From contig CAZWDO010000006.1 in NCBI GenBank assembly GCA_964632485.1, positions 124,001 to 188,000 of the forward strand: 64,000 bases of DNA, read 5' to 3'. The DNA comes from an uncultured bacterium (GTDB taxonomy: Bacteria; JAGOEH01). Within the stretch, counting starts at the first letter, position 1, and each line of letters starts with the position of its first letter. A model generated the notes under the pieces. That model was not told the DNA's origin. It made no database searches and saw only the letters and a program-made list of their open reading frames with translations. Shown here in pieces: positions 49,499 to 58,773 of this stretch. Both the position numbers and the translations under genes were made by a program.

Positions 49499-50090
49499 AG
49501 TGTTGACCGTTTGGCGGAATTCCTGGTTGGGAATCCGGTTGAATGCGATTTTTATTTCTATGGTATTGACTCGGGAAACCAGTTGGGTTATCCGACACTA
49601 TCGCAACTGGCTTGTTTTATGGGATATGTTCTGGATCCATCAATGGCAATCCAGCCGCTGCTCAAGATTTCCCTATCGTTTCCTAAGGGTCCTGGCCCGT
49701 ATCAGAGCCCATAACCTGGAAGGTTTTTTTGTCCGTAACCTTTTAAGAGTGGTCCGATGGTTCTATCATCTTATCATTCTTCCCGGGTTTTCTGAACAAT
49801 CCTATGCGAATTCCCGGGTAATCCAATTTTTCCATGAGCTGAAAAGAGAATTGCCGGAAACGACATTGCGACAATTAGGCATGATTCTCGAATTTTTGGT
49901 GTTGAGCAATATTTTTTTATTTATCATTTTCCATCGGGAAATGGATTGGGTCGGTCAATATTTTCGATTGATCTGGGTTTTAATCGGAGGAATTATGATG
50001 TTGTCGCCTTTACCGCTGAAATGCGTTCTTGAATCCAGTCGCTGGTGGCTGCGGTGGGGTCATCGTTGGTTTTCGGAGAGGGATCACTAA
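49482..50090 (+). CDS. Hypothetical membrane protein
   Basis: ORF coupled between the glycosyltransferase and asnB; GAGG RBS; two C-terminal hydrophobic segments; Trp/Arg-rich. Confidence 0.55.
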   Translation: MASQDKVLTVWRNSWLGIRLNAIFISMVLTRETSWVIRHYRNWLVLWDMFWIHQWQSSRCSRFPYRFLRVLARIRAHNLEGFFVRNLLRVVRWFYHLIILPGFSEQSYANSRVIQFFHELKRELPETTLRQLGMILEFLVLSNIFLFIIFHREMDWVGQYFRLIWVLIGGIMMLSPLPLKCVLESSRWWLRWGHRWFSERDH

Positions 50091-50091
50091 T

Positions 50092-51966
50092 ATGTGTGGA
50101 ATTTGTGGAATTGTCGCTTACCAGGAGAATGTCTTGCAGCTTCAACCCTGGGTTGAACGTATGAATCAGAAATTGATCCATCGCGGTCCGGACGACGAAG
50201 GGTATTTTTTCGATCAAAATGATGATACCGCTATTGCTCTGGGACATAGGCGATTGAGTATTATCGATTTGACCGGTGGGCATCAACCGGTCTATAATGA
50301 AGATCATACGATAGCGCTGGTTTTCAATGGTGAAATATATAACTTTGAGGAATTGCGCAATGATCTCATACGTAAGGGTCATCAATTTGAAACCCGTTCC
50401 GATTCTGAGGTAATGGTCCACTTATACGAAGAAGAAGGGGTGGATATGGTAACTCAGTTGCGGGGAATGTTTGCGTTTGCCTTATGGGATCAACCCCGTC
50501 GCCGTATATTCCTGGCGCGCGATCGAGTCGGGAAAAAACCTCTTTTTTATTACCATAATCAAGGGTATCTAGCTTTTGCCTCCGAACTGCAAGCTCTCAC
50601 TATTCTTCCACCAATTCGTAAAGAGATAAACCCGGACGGGTTATTCCAATTCTTTCATCTGGGATATATCCGCGCTCCCCAAACAGGATTTCGCGACATT
50701 TGCAAATTGGAACCCGGGCATTATTTGATTAAAACTGATACGGAATTGGAGATCAAACCCTATTGGCGTTTGAAATTCGAGCCGAAACTGAACATGAATT
50801 TGGAAGAAACTATTAAAGAACTGGAGCGATTACTGACGGAATCAGTAAAACTGCGTATGATTTCCGATGTTCCCTTAGGGGTTTTCCTCAGCGGAGGTGT
50901 AGATTCATCACTGGTTGCCCTCTATATGGCGCGTTTGTCGGCCGTACCCGTGAAGACTTTTTCTATCGGTTTTGCTCATGAAGATTATAATGAGTTGCCT
51001 TTTGCCCGGCAAGTCGCATCCTACATCGGTTCAGATCATCAGGAAATGGTTGTGGAACCTCACACGGCGGAAATATTGCCGCTGCTGGTCAGGCACTATG
51101 GCGAGCCCTATGCGGATTCATCGGCAATTCCTACTTATTATGTCTCCCAAATCACCCGGGAAAAAGTGACTGTCGCTTTAAATGGCGATGGAGGCGATGA
51201 ATCGTTTATCGGATATGATCGCTATCGGGCGATCGCTCTTTCTGAGCAACTCGGGTGTATTCCTTCTTTTCTTTGGCGGCTGGGCGCAGCAATGATCCCC
51301 GATTCACTGGATTTTAAAAATCGTTGGCGTCGTATGAAACGATTTTGCCAGGTTGCATCGAGGCCTATCAGCCAACGATATTTGCGCTGGATGGCTTTGG
51401 CCGAGCCAGCCTGGATGGAGTCTTTCCGGGGCCCTGGTTTGGATTTAACGTCCCCTGATGTGGATTATTTTTCCTCATTTTTTGATCATCATCCGAACAT
51501 GCATGTAGTTGAAAAAGCCCAGTGTTGTGATATCCATTCATATTTACCTTTTGATCTATTAGTAAAAGTTGATATTGCCACTATGTGCCATGCGCTTGAG
51601 GGCCGTTCTCCCTTATTGGACCATCATATTTTGGAATTTGCCGCTCAGCTTCCAATGAAGATCAAGTTTCCTCATCACCAACAAAAATTTCTTTTAAAAC
51701 AATTGATTCGCCAAATAATGCCGACCTATAATACCGAACGTCGAAAATATGGGTTTGGGATTCCCCTTGCTCAATGGCTGCGTAAGGATTTAAAGTCCCT
51801 TTTGCAGGAGCATCTCCTATCTCCCAGATTTCAGCGTCGAAAACTGTTTGCCGATGGTTTCATTCCACGTATAATCCGGGAGCATATTGAGGGGAAACAA
51901 GACCATGCTTTTTTTCTTTATGCCCTGCTGGTAATGGAAATCTGGTATCAGAGTTATATCGATTGA
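50092..51966 (+). CDS. asnB: Asparagine synthase (glutamine-hydrolyzing) family amidotransferase
   Basis: N-terminal MCGICG, HRGPD, RRLSIID, NGEIYN, LSGGVDSS, GDGGDE and EGRSPLLD motifs. Confidence 0.94.
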   Translation: MCGICGIVAYQENVLQLQPWVERMNQKLIHRGPDDEGYFFDQNDDTAIALGHRRLSIIDLTGGHQPVYNEDHTIALVFNGEIYNFEELRNDLIRKGHQFETRSDSEVMVHLYEEEGVDMVTQLRGMFAFALWDQPRRRIFLARDRVGKKPLFYYHNQGYLAFASELQALTILPPIRKEINPDGLFQFFHLGYIRAPQTGFRDICKLEPGHYLIKTDTELEIKPYWRLKFEPKLNMNLEETIKELERLLTESVKLRMISDVPLGVFLSGGVDSSLVALYMARLSAVPVKTFSIGFAHEDYNELPFARQVASYIGSDHQEMVVEPHTAEILPLLVRHYGEPYADSSAIPTYYVSQITREKVTVALNGDGGDESFIGYDRYRAIALSEQLGCIPSFLWRLGAAMIPDSLDFKNRWRRMKRFCQVASRPISQRYLRWMALAEPAWMESFRGPGLDLTSPDVDYFSSFFDHHPNMHVVEKAQCCDIHSYLPFDLLVKVDIATMCHALEGRSPLLDHHILEFAAQLPMKIKFPHHQQKFLLKQLIRQIMPTYNTERRKYGFGIPLAQWLRKDLKSLLQEHLLSPRFQRRKLFADGFIPRIIREHIEGKQDHAFFLYALLVMEIWYQSYID

Positions 51967-53096
51967 CCCCCTTGTTATCTAATTCGGAATTTTTCATCGA
52001 CAATCATTACGCGCGCGAAAAAGAGTTTCGTACTTTTATCCATATTTTCCAAGCCCCGAATTTTTACCCACAGAAAATAGCTCATCAATATTTCGATTCG
52101 ATATTTAATCAGATTTTTTGGCAGAAATTTATACGGGATGGAGGGATTTGGCCCCATCTAGCCTATCATTGTTATCATTATCACCACTATAGCCATTCCT
52201 ATTTAACACCGGCAATGTCCGCTTTTTTTAATCATACAGCTACCAATTTTAAGGCAAATCAAATTCTTCGAAAAATTGATATGTTGTTGAAACCGGCGAA
52301 GATATCCTTTGCGATTCTGAAAGGAAAGATTTTGGCGGAACTTTATTACTGCCACGCGGGTTGCCGACCGTATGGCGATATCGATCTTTTCATCGATGAA
52401 TCGGATCGGTTTCGGATTCAGGAGCTATTACTGGGTCAAGAATGGAAGATGATGTTCCATAGCAATTACCATCAAGCGGATCATGACACGTATATTAATC
52501 CTAACGGGTATATAGTCGAGTTTCATTGGCAATTGCACGTTATGGCCGGTTCAGTTCCATTTCTGTCGATCCCTGCGGAGGCATTGAAGAAGAATTGGTC
52601 GCCGGTTTTTATTGAAAAACACCTCTATTATACCCTGCAACCTGAGCTGCATTTTATCAGTAATATGCTCAATTGGATGAAACGCCCGAAATTCGGCTGG
52701 CCTCCCTTAAAGTATTTTGATCTTTATTATATCCTTCAACGCACGTCCAGGGATCGTATTCTGGAATTAGCCCAAAATTTCAATATGGTTGAACCGGCGC
52801 TCTATTTTATAAATGAGATTCATTATTATTTCTGCGCAGGCCGTATCCATACCAAAAAACCGGTTGTTTTCTCGTTGATTAAAGAGTATCGGAGCGAAAA
52901 CTTTTTCTATTTTATCCGAATCCGCTGGTATTGGAGGCAAAATGCCCTGAAGTTTATCAGAGATATCGTCAGGCTTCTTTTCCCGGACCAGATATATTTG
53001 AAAAAATTTTATCATGGCGTTGATGGCCGATTGCTCTGTCGATGGTGGAAGGAAAAAGCTACACAATTCTTCCGTAGATTGCGGCTAATCGACTAA
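51963..53096 (+). CDS. Nucleotidyltransferase family protein (NTP_transf_5-like)
   Basis: ILKG..LA..YY....RPYGDIDLFI and VEFHWQL motifs. Confidence 0.8.
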   Translation: MTPLLSNSEFFIDNHYAREKEFRTFIHIFQAPNFYPQKIAHQYFDSIFNQIFWQKFIRDGGIWPHLAYHCYHYHHYSHSYLTPAMSAFFNHTATNFKANQILRKIDMLLKPAKISFAILKGKILAELYYCHAGCRPYGDIDLFIDESDRFRIQELLLGQEWKMMFHSNYHQADHDTYINPNGYIVEFHWQLHVMAGSVPFLSIPAEALKKNWSPVFIEKHLYYTLQPELHFISNMLNWMKRPKFGWPPLKYFDLYYILQRTSRDRILELAQNFNMVEPALYFINEIHYYFCAGRIHTKKPVVFSLIKEYRSENFFYFIRIRWYWRQNALKFIRDIVRLLFPDQIYLKKFYHGVDGRLLCRWWKEKATQFFRRLRLID

Positions 53097-54552
53097 GCTC
53101 TCGCGCAATCGATGGTTTAATTTGTTTTTTAAGATAACGCCACGACCAATTTCCGCCCAACCGTCCCGGAAAGTTCATGCGTCCTGTCGTATCCAGTTGC
53201 AGGAGGTCCTGCAGCGGAACAATTGCGAAATGGGCAGTAGAGGAAAACGCGGCCCGTATCATGTCCCAACAGATATTTTCTCCCGAACTGTTAAAATAGG
53301 CCAGTACGTTTTTGCGTTCCGGTTTTGCCAAAGAACGATACCAGCCCAATGTTGTATCATTGTCATGGGTCCCTGTAAAGACAACACAATTTTGCGTGAA
53401 ATTGTGAGGTAAAAAAGGGTTGTTCGGACCTGAGTCAAAGGCGAATTGCAAAATTTTCATTCCGGGAAAACCGAATTGGCGCCGTAAGGCATGAACCTCC
53501 GGAGTGATAAATCCCAAGTCTTCGGCAATGATGGGAGCTTTGCCCAATTCATTGAGAAGCGCGCGGAAAAGAGCTTCTCCCGGCGCTTTAACCCAGCGCC
53601 CATGTTCTGCGGTTGCAGCATTTCCCGGAACTTCCCAATACGCTTCAAATCCGCGAAAATGATCGACACGGACTATGTCCACATTTTCAAAAAGCTGTCG
53701 AAAACGACTGATCCACCAGCGAAACCCATTGTTTTGCATCGTATCCCAACGATAATGCGGGTTCCCCCATAATTGCCCGGTTCGTGAAAAATAATCGGGC
53801 GGTACACCCGCTACGACCTCTGGCTGCCCATGGCTATCTAAGTAGAATAGTTCGCGATGACTCCACGTATCTGAACTGTCATGCGAAACAAAGATGGGAA
53901 GATCACCAATAATTTTTATGTTCCTTTGATTGGCATACTGTTTGAGTTTCCGCCATTGACTTTCAAATAAATATTGCAGAAATGCATGGAATTCGATTTC
54001 ATCCCGGAATTCCTCGCTAAAATTTTCCAGGGCATCCAGATTATGGTTGCGGAAAGGCGCTTCCCATTCGGTCCATACCTTTCCCTGATTGTGATGTTTA
54101 AGTGTCATGAATAATGCAAAATCGTCCAACCAGTAACTCTCCTTGGACCGAAATTGGTCAAAACTCGCTCTTTGCTCGCTATGGTTGGATTTTTTAAAGT
54201 TTTGCCACGCTTTTTTGAGCGCTTCATATTTTAACGGAATCAGTGAACCAAAATCAACATGATCGGCTGGCAGATTCTTTAATGAACGTAAATCTTTCAC
54301 ACTGATATACCCGTTGTTTTTTAACTCATCAATACTAATCAGCAGCGGATTGCCTGCAAAAGCCGAAAAACTCTGGTAGGGCGAATCGCCATAGCCTGTT
54401 GGACCCAATGGGAAAATCTGCCATAGACTCTGCTTGGATTCAACAAGGAAATCAACAAATTCATAAGCTTCTGCTCCGATCTCACCAATCCCATAAGAGG
54501 TAGGCAATGATGTTGGATGAAGTAAAATTCCACTGGCACGATACATATTCAT
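53059..54552 (-). CDS. malQ: 4-alpha-glucanotransferase (amylomaltase, GH77)
   Basis: GILLHPTSLP, SPYQSFSAFAGN, GVPPDYFS.TGQLWGNP, RVDHFRGF, AEDLG and TGTHDNDT motifs. Confidence 0.97.
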   Translation of the reverse strand: MNMYRASGILLHPTSLPTSYGIGEIGAEAYEFVDFLVESKQSLWQIFPLGPTGYGDSPYQSFSAFAGNPLLISIDELKNNGYISVKDLRSLKNLPADHVDFGSLIPLKYEALKKAWQNFKKSNHSEQRASFDQFRSKESYWLDDFALFMTLKHHNQGKVWTEWEAPFRNHNLDALENFSEEFRDEIEFHAFLQYLFESQWRKLKQYANQRNIKIIGDLPIFVSHDSSDTWSHRELFYLDSHGQPEVVAGVPPDYFSRTGQLWGNPHYRWDTMQNNGFRWWISRFRQLFENVDIVRVDHFRGFEAYWEVPGNAATAEHGRWVKAPGEALFRALLNELGKAPIIAEDLGFITPEVHALRRQFGFPGMKILQFAFDSGPNNPFLPHNFTQNCVVFTGTHDNDTTLGWYRSLAKPERKNVLAYFNSSGENICWDMIRAAFSSTAHFAIVPLQDLLQLDTTGRMNFPGRLGGNWSWRYLKKQIKPSIARELSRLAAIYGRIV

Positions 54553-54608
54553 AGTTTGCTCTCCTCGATAAAGCGTGTGTTTTTCTTTATAAAACCGATT
54601 ACATTTTA

Positions 54609-54637
54609 AATTTAAACTGAATTGCGTGGATTGTCAA
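54609..54637 (-). promoter_or_regulatory. Putative sigma-70 promoter for malQ
   Basis: TTGACA-N17-TAAATT on the minus strand. Confidence 0.5.
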
Positions 54638-54676
54638 GCCTTTTTTTATTGTCAAAAATGAGAATTAAAAAAAATA

Positions 54677-54704
54677 TTGACAACTTAAATTTTCTGGTTA
54701 TATT
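54677..54704 (+). promoter_or_regulatory. Putative sigma-70 promoter for the GWxTD-sigma operon
   Basis: TTGACA-N16-TATATT. Confidence 0.55.
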
Positions 54705-54738
54705 TTAAACAATGAATGATTCGATGAGGAGTTAAAAA

Positions 54739-56031
54739 ATGAGACTTATGCTTGGTCTATTCCTTTTTACTCTGGGCGTCAGTTTGTTCCCGCAAGCAAG
54801 CGTGTCGCAACCTATGCCGGAAAAGGAACTATTCTCGATGCGGAACCGCATTTTCTTTGATTATTTTTTTATGTATAACCGGGAATTGAACGATTCTCTT
54901 TATCAAATGGAAATTGACTATCAGATACCTATAAGTTTTTTGAAATTTTTTCTGGATGATTCCCTTTACCAAAGCCGCTACGAAATACGTTTGGTTTTGT
55001 ATAAAGACGAACGTTTTATCTGGGACCGGGTATGGGAAAAACAAATTATGGAAAAACAATATGAGAACACGATGCAATCAAATTTCTATTGCCTTGACAA
55101 AGTTGATTTTGAAGTGGATTCGGGAAAATATCAATGTCAAATCCAATTGTATGATACACATTCAAAGAATCAGTTCGAACATACCATTCGTTTTGAATTG
55201 CCACCAATTAAAGGCAACGGAGAATTAGTATCTTCCTTTAAATTTGGGTATCAAACAATTTTGGATTCGGACTCTGTTCGAAAGATGCTGCCAAATATTT
55301 CTCGTATTTATGAAGAGAAGGAACCCCTTCTTTATATTGATTATATTTTAAGCGGGAAAATGGAAATTGATTCTATCTATTATTTGATTGAAGTGATGAA
55401 AGATGATAATGTCAAAGAGGAAATCCTGAATCGTTCTTTTTTGCTCTTGAAGGATCGCCCTTTAACCAGCCATATTGTTGACAGTATCCGCCTGGTTAAA
55501 TTTCCTCAAGCTAAATATAATTTTCAACTGATAGTGGGTTCCAGAGCAGGATCAATTCGCCGGGAAAAAGTGTTTATCATAGGCGGACAATCGATTTTGC
55601 CTTCAATCAGTTTTAAAGACCATCTTCGGTTGTTGAGTTTGATTGCTAAAGGCGATGAAATGAGCCGTTTGAAAAAAGCAAAGGAAGAGGGATTGACGGA
55701 CCAGGAAGCGCTGGATAAATTTTGGAAGGAGCGCGATCCGAATCCCCAGACAGAAGAAAATGAAGAGCGGGATGAATTCTACAAGCGGGTTTTTTTTGCG
55801 ATTCAAAATTTTTCGGTGGGACGGTTTAAACCCGGTTGGGATACGGATCGGGGACGGGTGTATATTTCGTTAGGCACTCCGGATAATGTTGAACGATATG
55901 ACTATAACATGCAGGGAAAACCTTACCAGATCTGGTACTATTATCGCCAAAACCGCCAATATGTTTTTGTTGATTATAGTGGTTTTGGAGATTACGAATT
56001 GATTCCGGGTAGCGGTTTGGACTATTATTAA
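54739..56031 (+). CDS. GWxTD domain-containing exported protein
   Basis: Signal peptide; FWKERDPNP.TEENE, GWDTDRGRVYISLGTPD and YQIWYY...FVD motifs. Confidence 0.9.
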   Translation: MRLMLGLFLFTLGVSLFPQASVSQPMPEKELFSMRNRIFFDYFFMYNRELNDSLYQMEIDYQIPISFLKFFLDDSLYQSRYEIRLVLYKDERFIWDRVWEKQIMEKQYENTMQSNFYCLDKVDFEVDSGKYQCQIQLYDTHSKNQFEHTIRFELPPIKGNGELVSSFKFGYQTILDSDSVRKMLPNISRIYEEKEPLLYIDYILSGKMEIDSIYYLIEVMKDDNVKEEILNRSFLLLKDRPLTSHIVDSIRLVKFPQAKYNFQLIVGSRAGSIRREKVFIIGGQSILPSISFKDHLRLLSLIAKGDEMSRLKKAKEEGLTDQEALDKFWKERDPNPQTEENEERDEFYKRVFFAIQNFSVGRFKPGWDTDRGRVYISLGTPDNVERYDYNMQGKPYQIWYYYRQNRQYVFVDYSGFGDYELIPGSGLDYY

Positions 56032-56043
56032 AAGCAGAGGATA

Positions 56044-57564
56044 GTGATGAATCTTGATCAATTTTTAAATGAATCAAAACATGAAAGTTTTTTAAAACAA
56101 GCTTGTAAACAACGCGTTTTAACCTGGGATGAATTGAATCTGGTTTTAGATCGGAATATCGTTGATGAAGAAAGAATTGAAACTGTTATCGATTTTTTCG
56201 AACAACAGGGTATCGAATTGGTCAGTGAACGAGAAAAAAAATGGATTCTGAAAACCGGAAGAAGAAAAAAGAAACATAAGCGGCTAACACCTTTGAATCC
56301 GTTTAATAAAAATGATCAATTGGGCAATTTTATGAAGATTTATGATCATCTTTTAGAATTAACGGAAGATGAAAAACAGCGGCAAATTATGGTAATACGG
56401 CGGGAAGAAAAAATTCTCGAAGACCTGTTGTTTCGATCTTTATACCTGCTATACTTTCTTTACGGCTACCGAAACGAAGAGATGACTCCGCAGGCGCTGG
56501 AAAATCTGTTGAATTGTTTTCAACCTAATTTTTTAAAGGCTGTTATGATCTATGATCGTCAAATCGCTTATTTCAGACAATGGTTTGATGACCAGTGGCA
56601 AATCTGGACTGCTTATGCGCAAGCCTCTCAAAAACAACAGGATAATGAAGCAGAATCGTTGATGAAAGAACTTCTTGACCAATTGGTGTCGCTGAATTGG
56701 AAATCAAAAAAATTGCGTTCATTATTAAATGATTTCATTCGGGAGGACGGCTTTTTTACACTTGCCAATCGTAAAGAAGAGGAATATGGATTCCTGGTGG
56801 CTTATTTGAAAGACTACCAGAAAGAGACACGGAAACACTATGACCGCCTGCAAGAGAAACGCAACTCATTGATTGAATCAGAAATGAAACTGGTTATTTC
56901 TATCGCAAAGTTGTATAGTGGGAGAGGCATCGATTTTGTTGATCTCATCCAGGAAGGTAACCGAGGATTGGTGGAAGCGTTAGACAACTATACTACTGAA
57001 TCTCAAGCCCCCTTTCAACAGTATGTCACCCGCTATATTCGACGAGCGATTACGCACTATATGGCTTGTAATAGCAATTCGTTTGTTATTTCGCGTCAGC
57101 AATTAAGAGCCATTCATCGCATTAAACGCGTGCGAAACCAATTAACTCAGGAATTGCATCGAGATCCTACCCCTGAGGAAATTGTACAACATTGCGGTAT
57201 CCCCCTGCATACGGTGAATAATCTTCTCAATGCCAGTAAACGCGAAACCTCCTGGGAAAATCAACTTAATTTATCACGCACCGAATTTCACTTGACGGAT
57301 GATCAGAATAAAACGGTTGAAATTTCTGAAACCTGGATTAAACGACTGGAAAACATTCGCTTGAGCCAAACTCTGAGTGATCGTGAAGAGAAGGTGATGA
57401 AATTAAAGTATGGCTATTATGGAGTGGCTTATCCTGAAGAAGAGATTTCCGAGATTTTGGGTTTAACAATTCAACGGATTCGCCAGATTGAAAAAATTGC
57501 CCGTCATAAGATGAAATCGCGGATGAAATTGTTGAAAATTGATGGATATGTTGTTTTACCATGA
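56044..57564 (+). CDS. RpoD-like sigma-70 family factor with degenerate DNA-contact regions
   Basis: Region 1.1-like N-terminus, region 2 LVISIAKLYSGRGIDFVDLIQEGNRGL, region 3 QELHRDPTPEEI and region 4 LSDREEKVMKLKYG...RIRQIE. Confidence 0.85.
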   Translation: MMNLDQFLNESKHESFLKQACKQRVLTWDELNLVLDRNIVDEERIETVIDFFEQQGIELVSEREKKWILKTGRRKKKHKRLTPLNPFNKNDQLGNFMKIYDHLLELTEDEKQRQIMVIRREEKILEDLLFRSLYLLYFLYGYRNEEMTPQALENLLNCFQPNFLKAVMIYDRQIAYFRQWFDDQWQIWTAYAQASQKQQDNEAESLMKELLDQLVSLNWKSKKLRSLLNDFIREDGFFTLANRKEEEYGFLVAYLKDYQKETRKHYDRLQEKRNSLIESEMKLVISIAKLYSGRGIDFVDLIQEGNRGLVEALDNYTTESQAPFQQYVTRYIRRAITHYMACNSNSFVISRQQLRAIHRIKRVRNQLTQELHRDPTPEEIVQHCGIPLHTVNNLLNASKRETSWENQLNLSRTEFHLTDDQNKTVEISETWIKRLENIRLSQTLSDREEKVMKLKYGYYGVAYPEEEISEILGLTIQRIRQIEKIARHKMKSRMKLLKIDGYVVLP

Positions 57565-57624
57565 AAAATCTTAAAAAACTACTTGATTTTTTAATTAAAT
57601 TGTGTTAATTTAACTTAACATTGG

Positions 57625-57698
57625 GGGCCCATAGCTCAGTTGGTTAGAGCTACCGGCTCATAACCGGTCGGTCCTAGGTTCAAGTCCTAGTGGGCCCA
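57625..57698 (+). tRNA. tRNA with CAU anticodon, most likely tRNA-Ile2 (lysidine-modified)
   Basis: Cloverleaf GGGCCCA/TGGGCCC, D-arm AGCTCAGTTGGTTAGAGC, anticodon loop CTCATAA, T-loop GTTCAAGT. G1-C72 pair argues against the initiator. CCA is not encoded. Confidence 0.95.
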
Positions 57699-57708
57699 CT
57701 AAAAAGGA

Positions 57709-58443
57709 GTGGTATCATTGAAAGACGAACCCCAAATTCTTAGAAAACTGATTGAATTGCAGGTCTTTGATAGTGAAATTCAAGATTTGGAACAGCAGTT
57801 CTATAGTATTCCTGAATCCCTGAATAGTATTAAAATCCGAATTCAAAATCTGGATGACCAGTTTAGCAAAATGAATGCCGTGGTCAGCGCCCAGGAAACT
57901 GAATTGAAACAATTGGCTCAGGAACAGGCAGATACAAGCGCCCGTTTCGATAAATACCAGGGACAGCTCATGCAAGTTAAAACCAATAAGGAATACGATG
58001 CTGTTTTAGCGGAAATTGAAAACTGTCAAAAAGTTTTACGGGATAATGAAGAAAAACAGATGGAGGGCCAGGAAAAATTAGAAAAACTTCAACTTGAAAA
58101 AGGAAAAATCGAGGCTGAATGTTTAAAGTTTAAGGCAGAATATGTGCCTTTGTTGCAAGAATTAGAAACCAAATACGCCATTGTAAAAAATGAGTTTGAT
58201 CTTAAAACTGCTGATCGGCAGGAAAAGATTGCATCGATTCCCAAAACTATTTTTTCGCGGTACGAAAAAATTCGCAAAGGAACTGATGGCCGGGCAGTAG
58301 TCGCTATCATACGTGGAAGTGCCTGTGGCGGATGTTATCAGGCTTTACCGAAACATACAATCAATGAAATTCTCCGCAATAATCGCGTCATTAATTGTGA
58401 GCATTGCGGACGAATTCTCTATGCTGATGAAACACTCGGTTAA
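57709..58443 (+). CDS. Coiled-coil protein with C-terminal C4 zinc ribbon (DUF164/CT398-like)
   Basis: LIELQVFD, long coiled coil, KTNKEYDA and CGGC...CEHCGRIL. Start may be TTG at 57718. Confidence 0.92.
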   Translation: MVSLKDEPQILRKLIELQVFDSEIQDLEQQFYSIPESLNSIKIRIQNLDDQFSKMNAVVSAQETELKQLAQEQADTSARFDKYQGQLMQVKTNKEYDAVLAEIENCQKVLRDNEEKQMEGQEKLEKLQLEKGKIEAECLKFKAEYVPLLQELETKYAIVKNEFDLKTADRQEKIASIPKTIFSRYEKIRKGTDGRAVVAIIRGSACGGCYQALPKHTINEILRNNRVINCEHCGRILYADETLG

Positions 58444-58749
58444 AGGTAAATGAGACGGTTGCTCCGGCTTATGCTGGAGAGGAAAGTCCGGACTCCTTAA
58501 GGCAGGATGATTCTTAACGAGAATCGGGAGTAATCCCGGGAAAGCGCCACAGAAACGAGACCGATTCAGCTTCGGCTGAATACGGGTGAAAAGGGCATGC
58601 CCCATCTGGAGCAAGACCAAATATGAAAATCCGCCCCGCCTTAGGCGTATGGTTTTCGGGTGGGTCGCTTGATGACAGGAGCGATTCTGTTACCAGATAG
58701 ATAACCGTCACCCTTTGGGGAACAGAATCCGGCTTACAGTTTACCTTTA
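58441..58749 (+). ncRNA. rnpB: RNase P RNA
   Basis: GAGGAAAGTCCGGACT and AACAGAATCCGGCTTA (P4), ACAGAAA, GGGTGAAA and GAGCAAG conserved regions; P1 is TAAAGGTAAA/TTTACCTTTA. Confidence 0.96.
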
Positions 58750-58773
58750 ACCGCTTTTAACAAGGGAGCTAAG

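Noticed and set aside
50092-53096. Lasso-peptide cluster (AsnB-like plus nucleotidyltransferase)
   Set aside because: AsnB retains the N-terminal Cys glutaminase domain, and no B1/PqqD, B2 protease or precursor ORF is visible.
53059-53096. 38-nt convergent overlap between the nucleotidyltransferase gene and malQ
   Set aside because: Short tail-to-tail overlaps are common in compact genomes.
57625-57698. tRNA as an integration site for a mobile element
   Set aside because: No integrase and no duplicated tRNA 3' end seen in the window.
58345-58711. Minus-strand ORFs of 91 and 65 aa
   Set aside because: They are antisense to rnpB and the Zn-ribbon gene; shadow ORFs.
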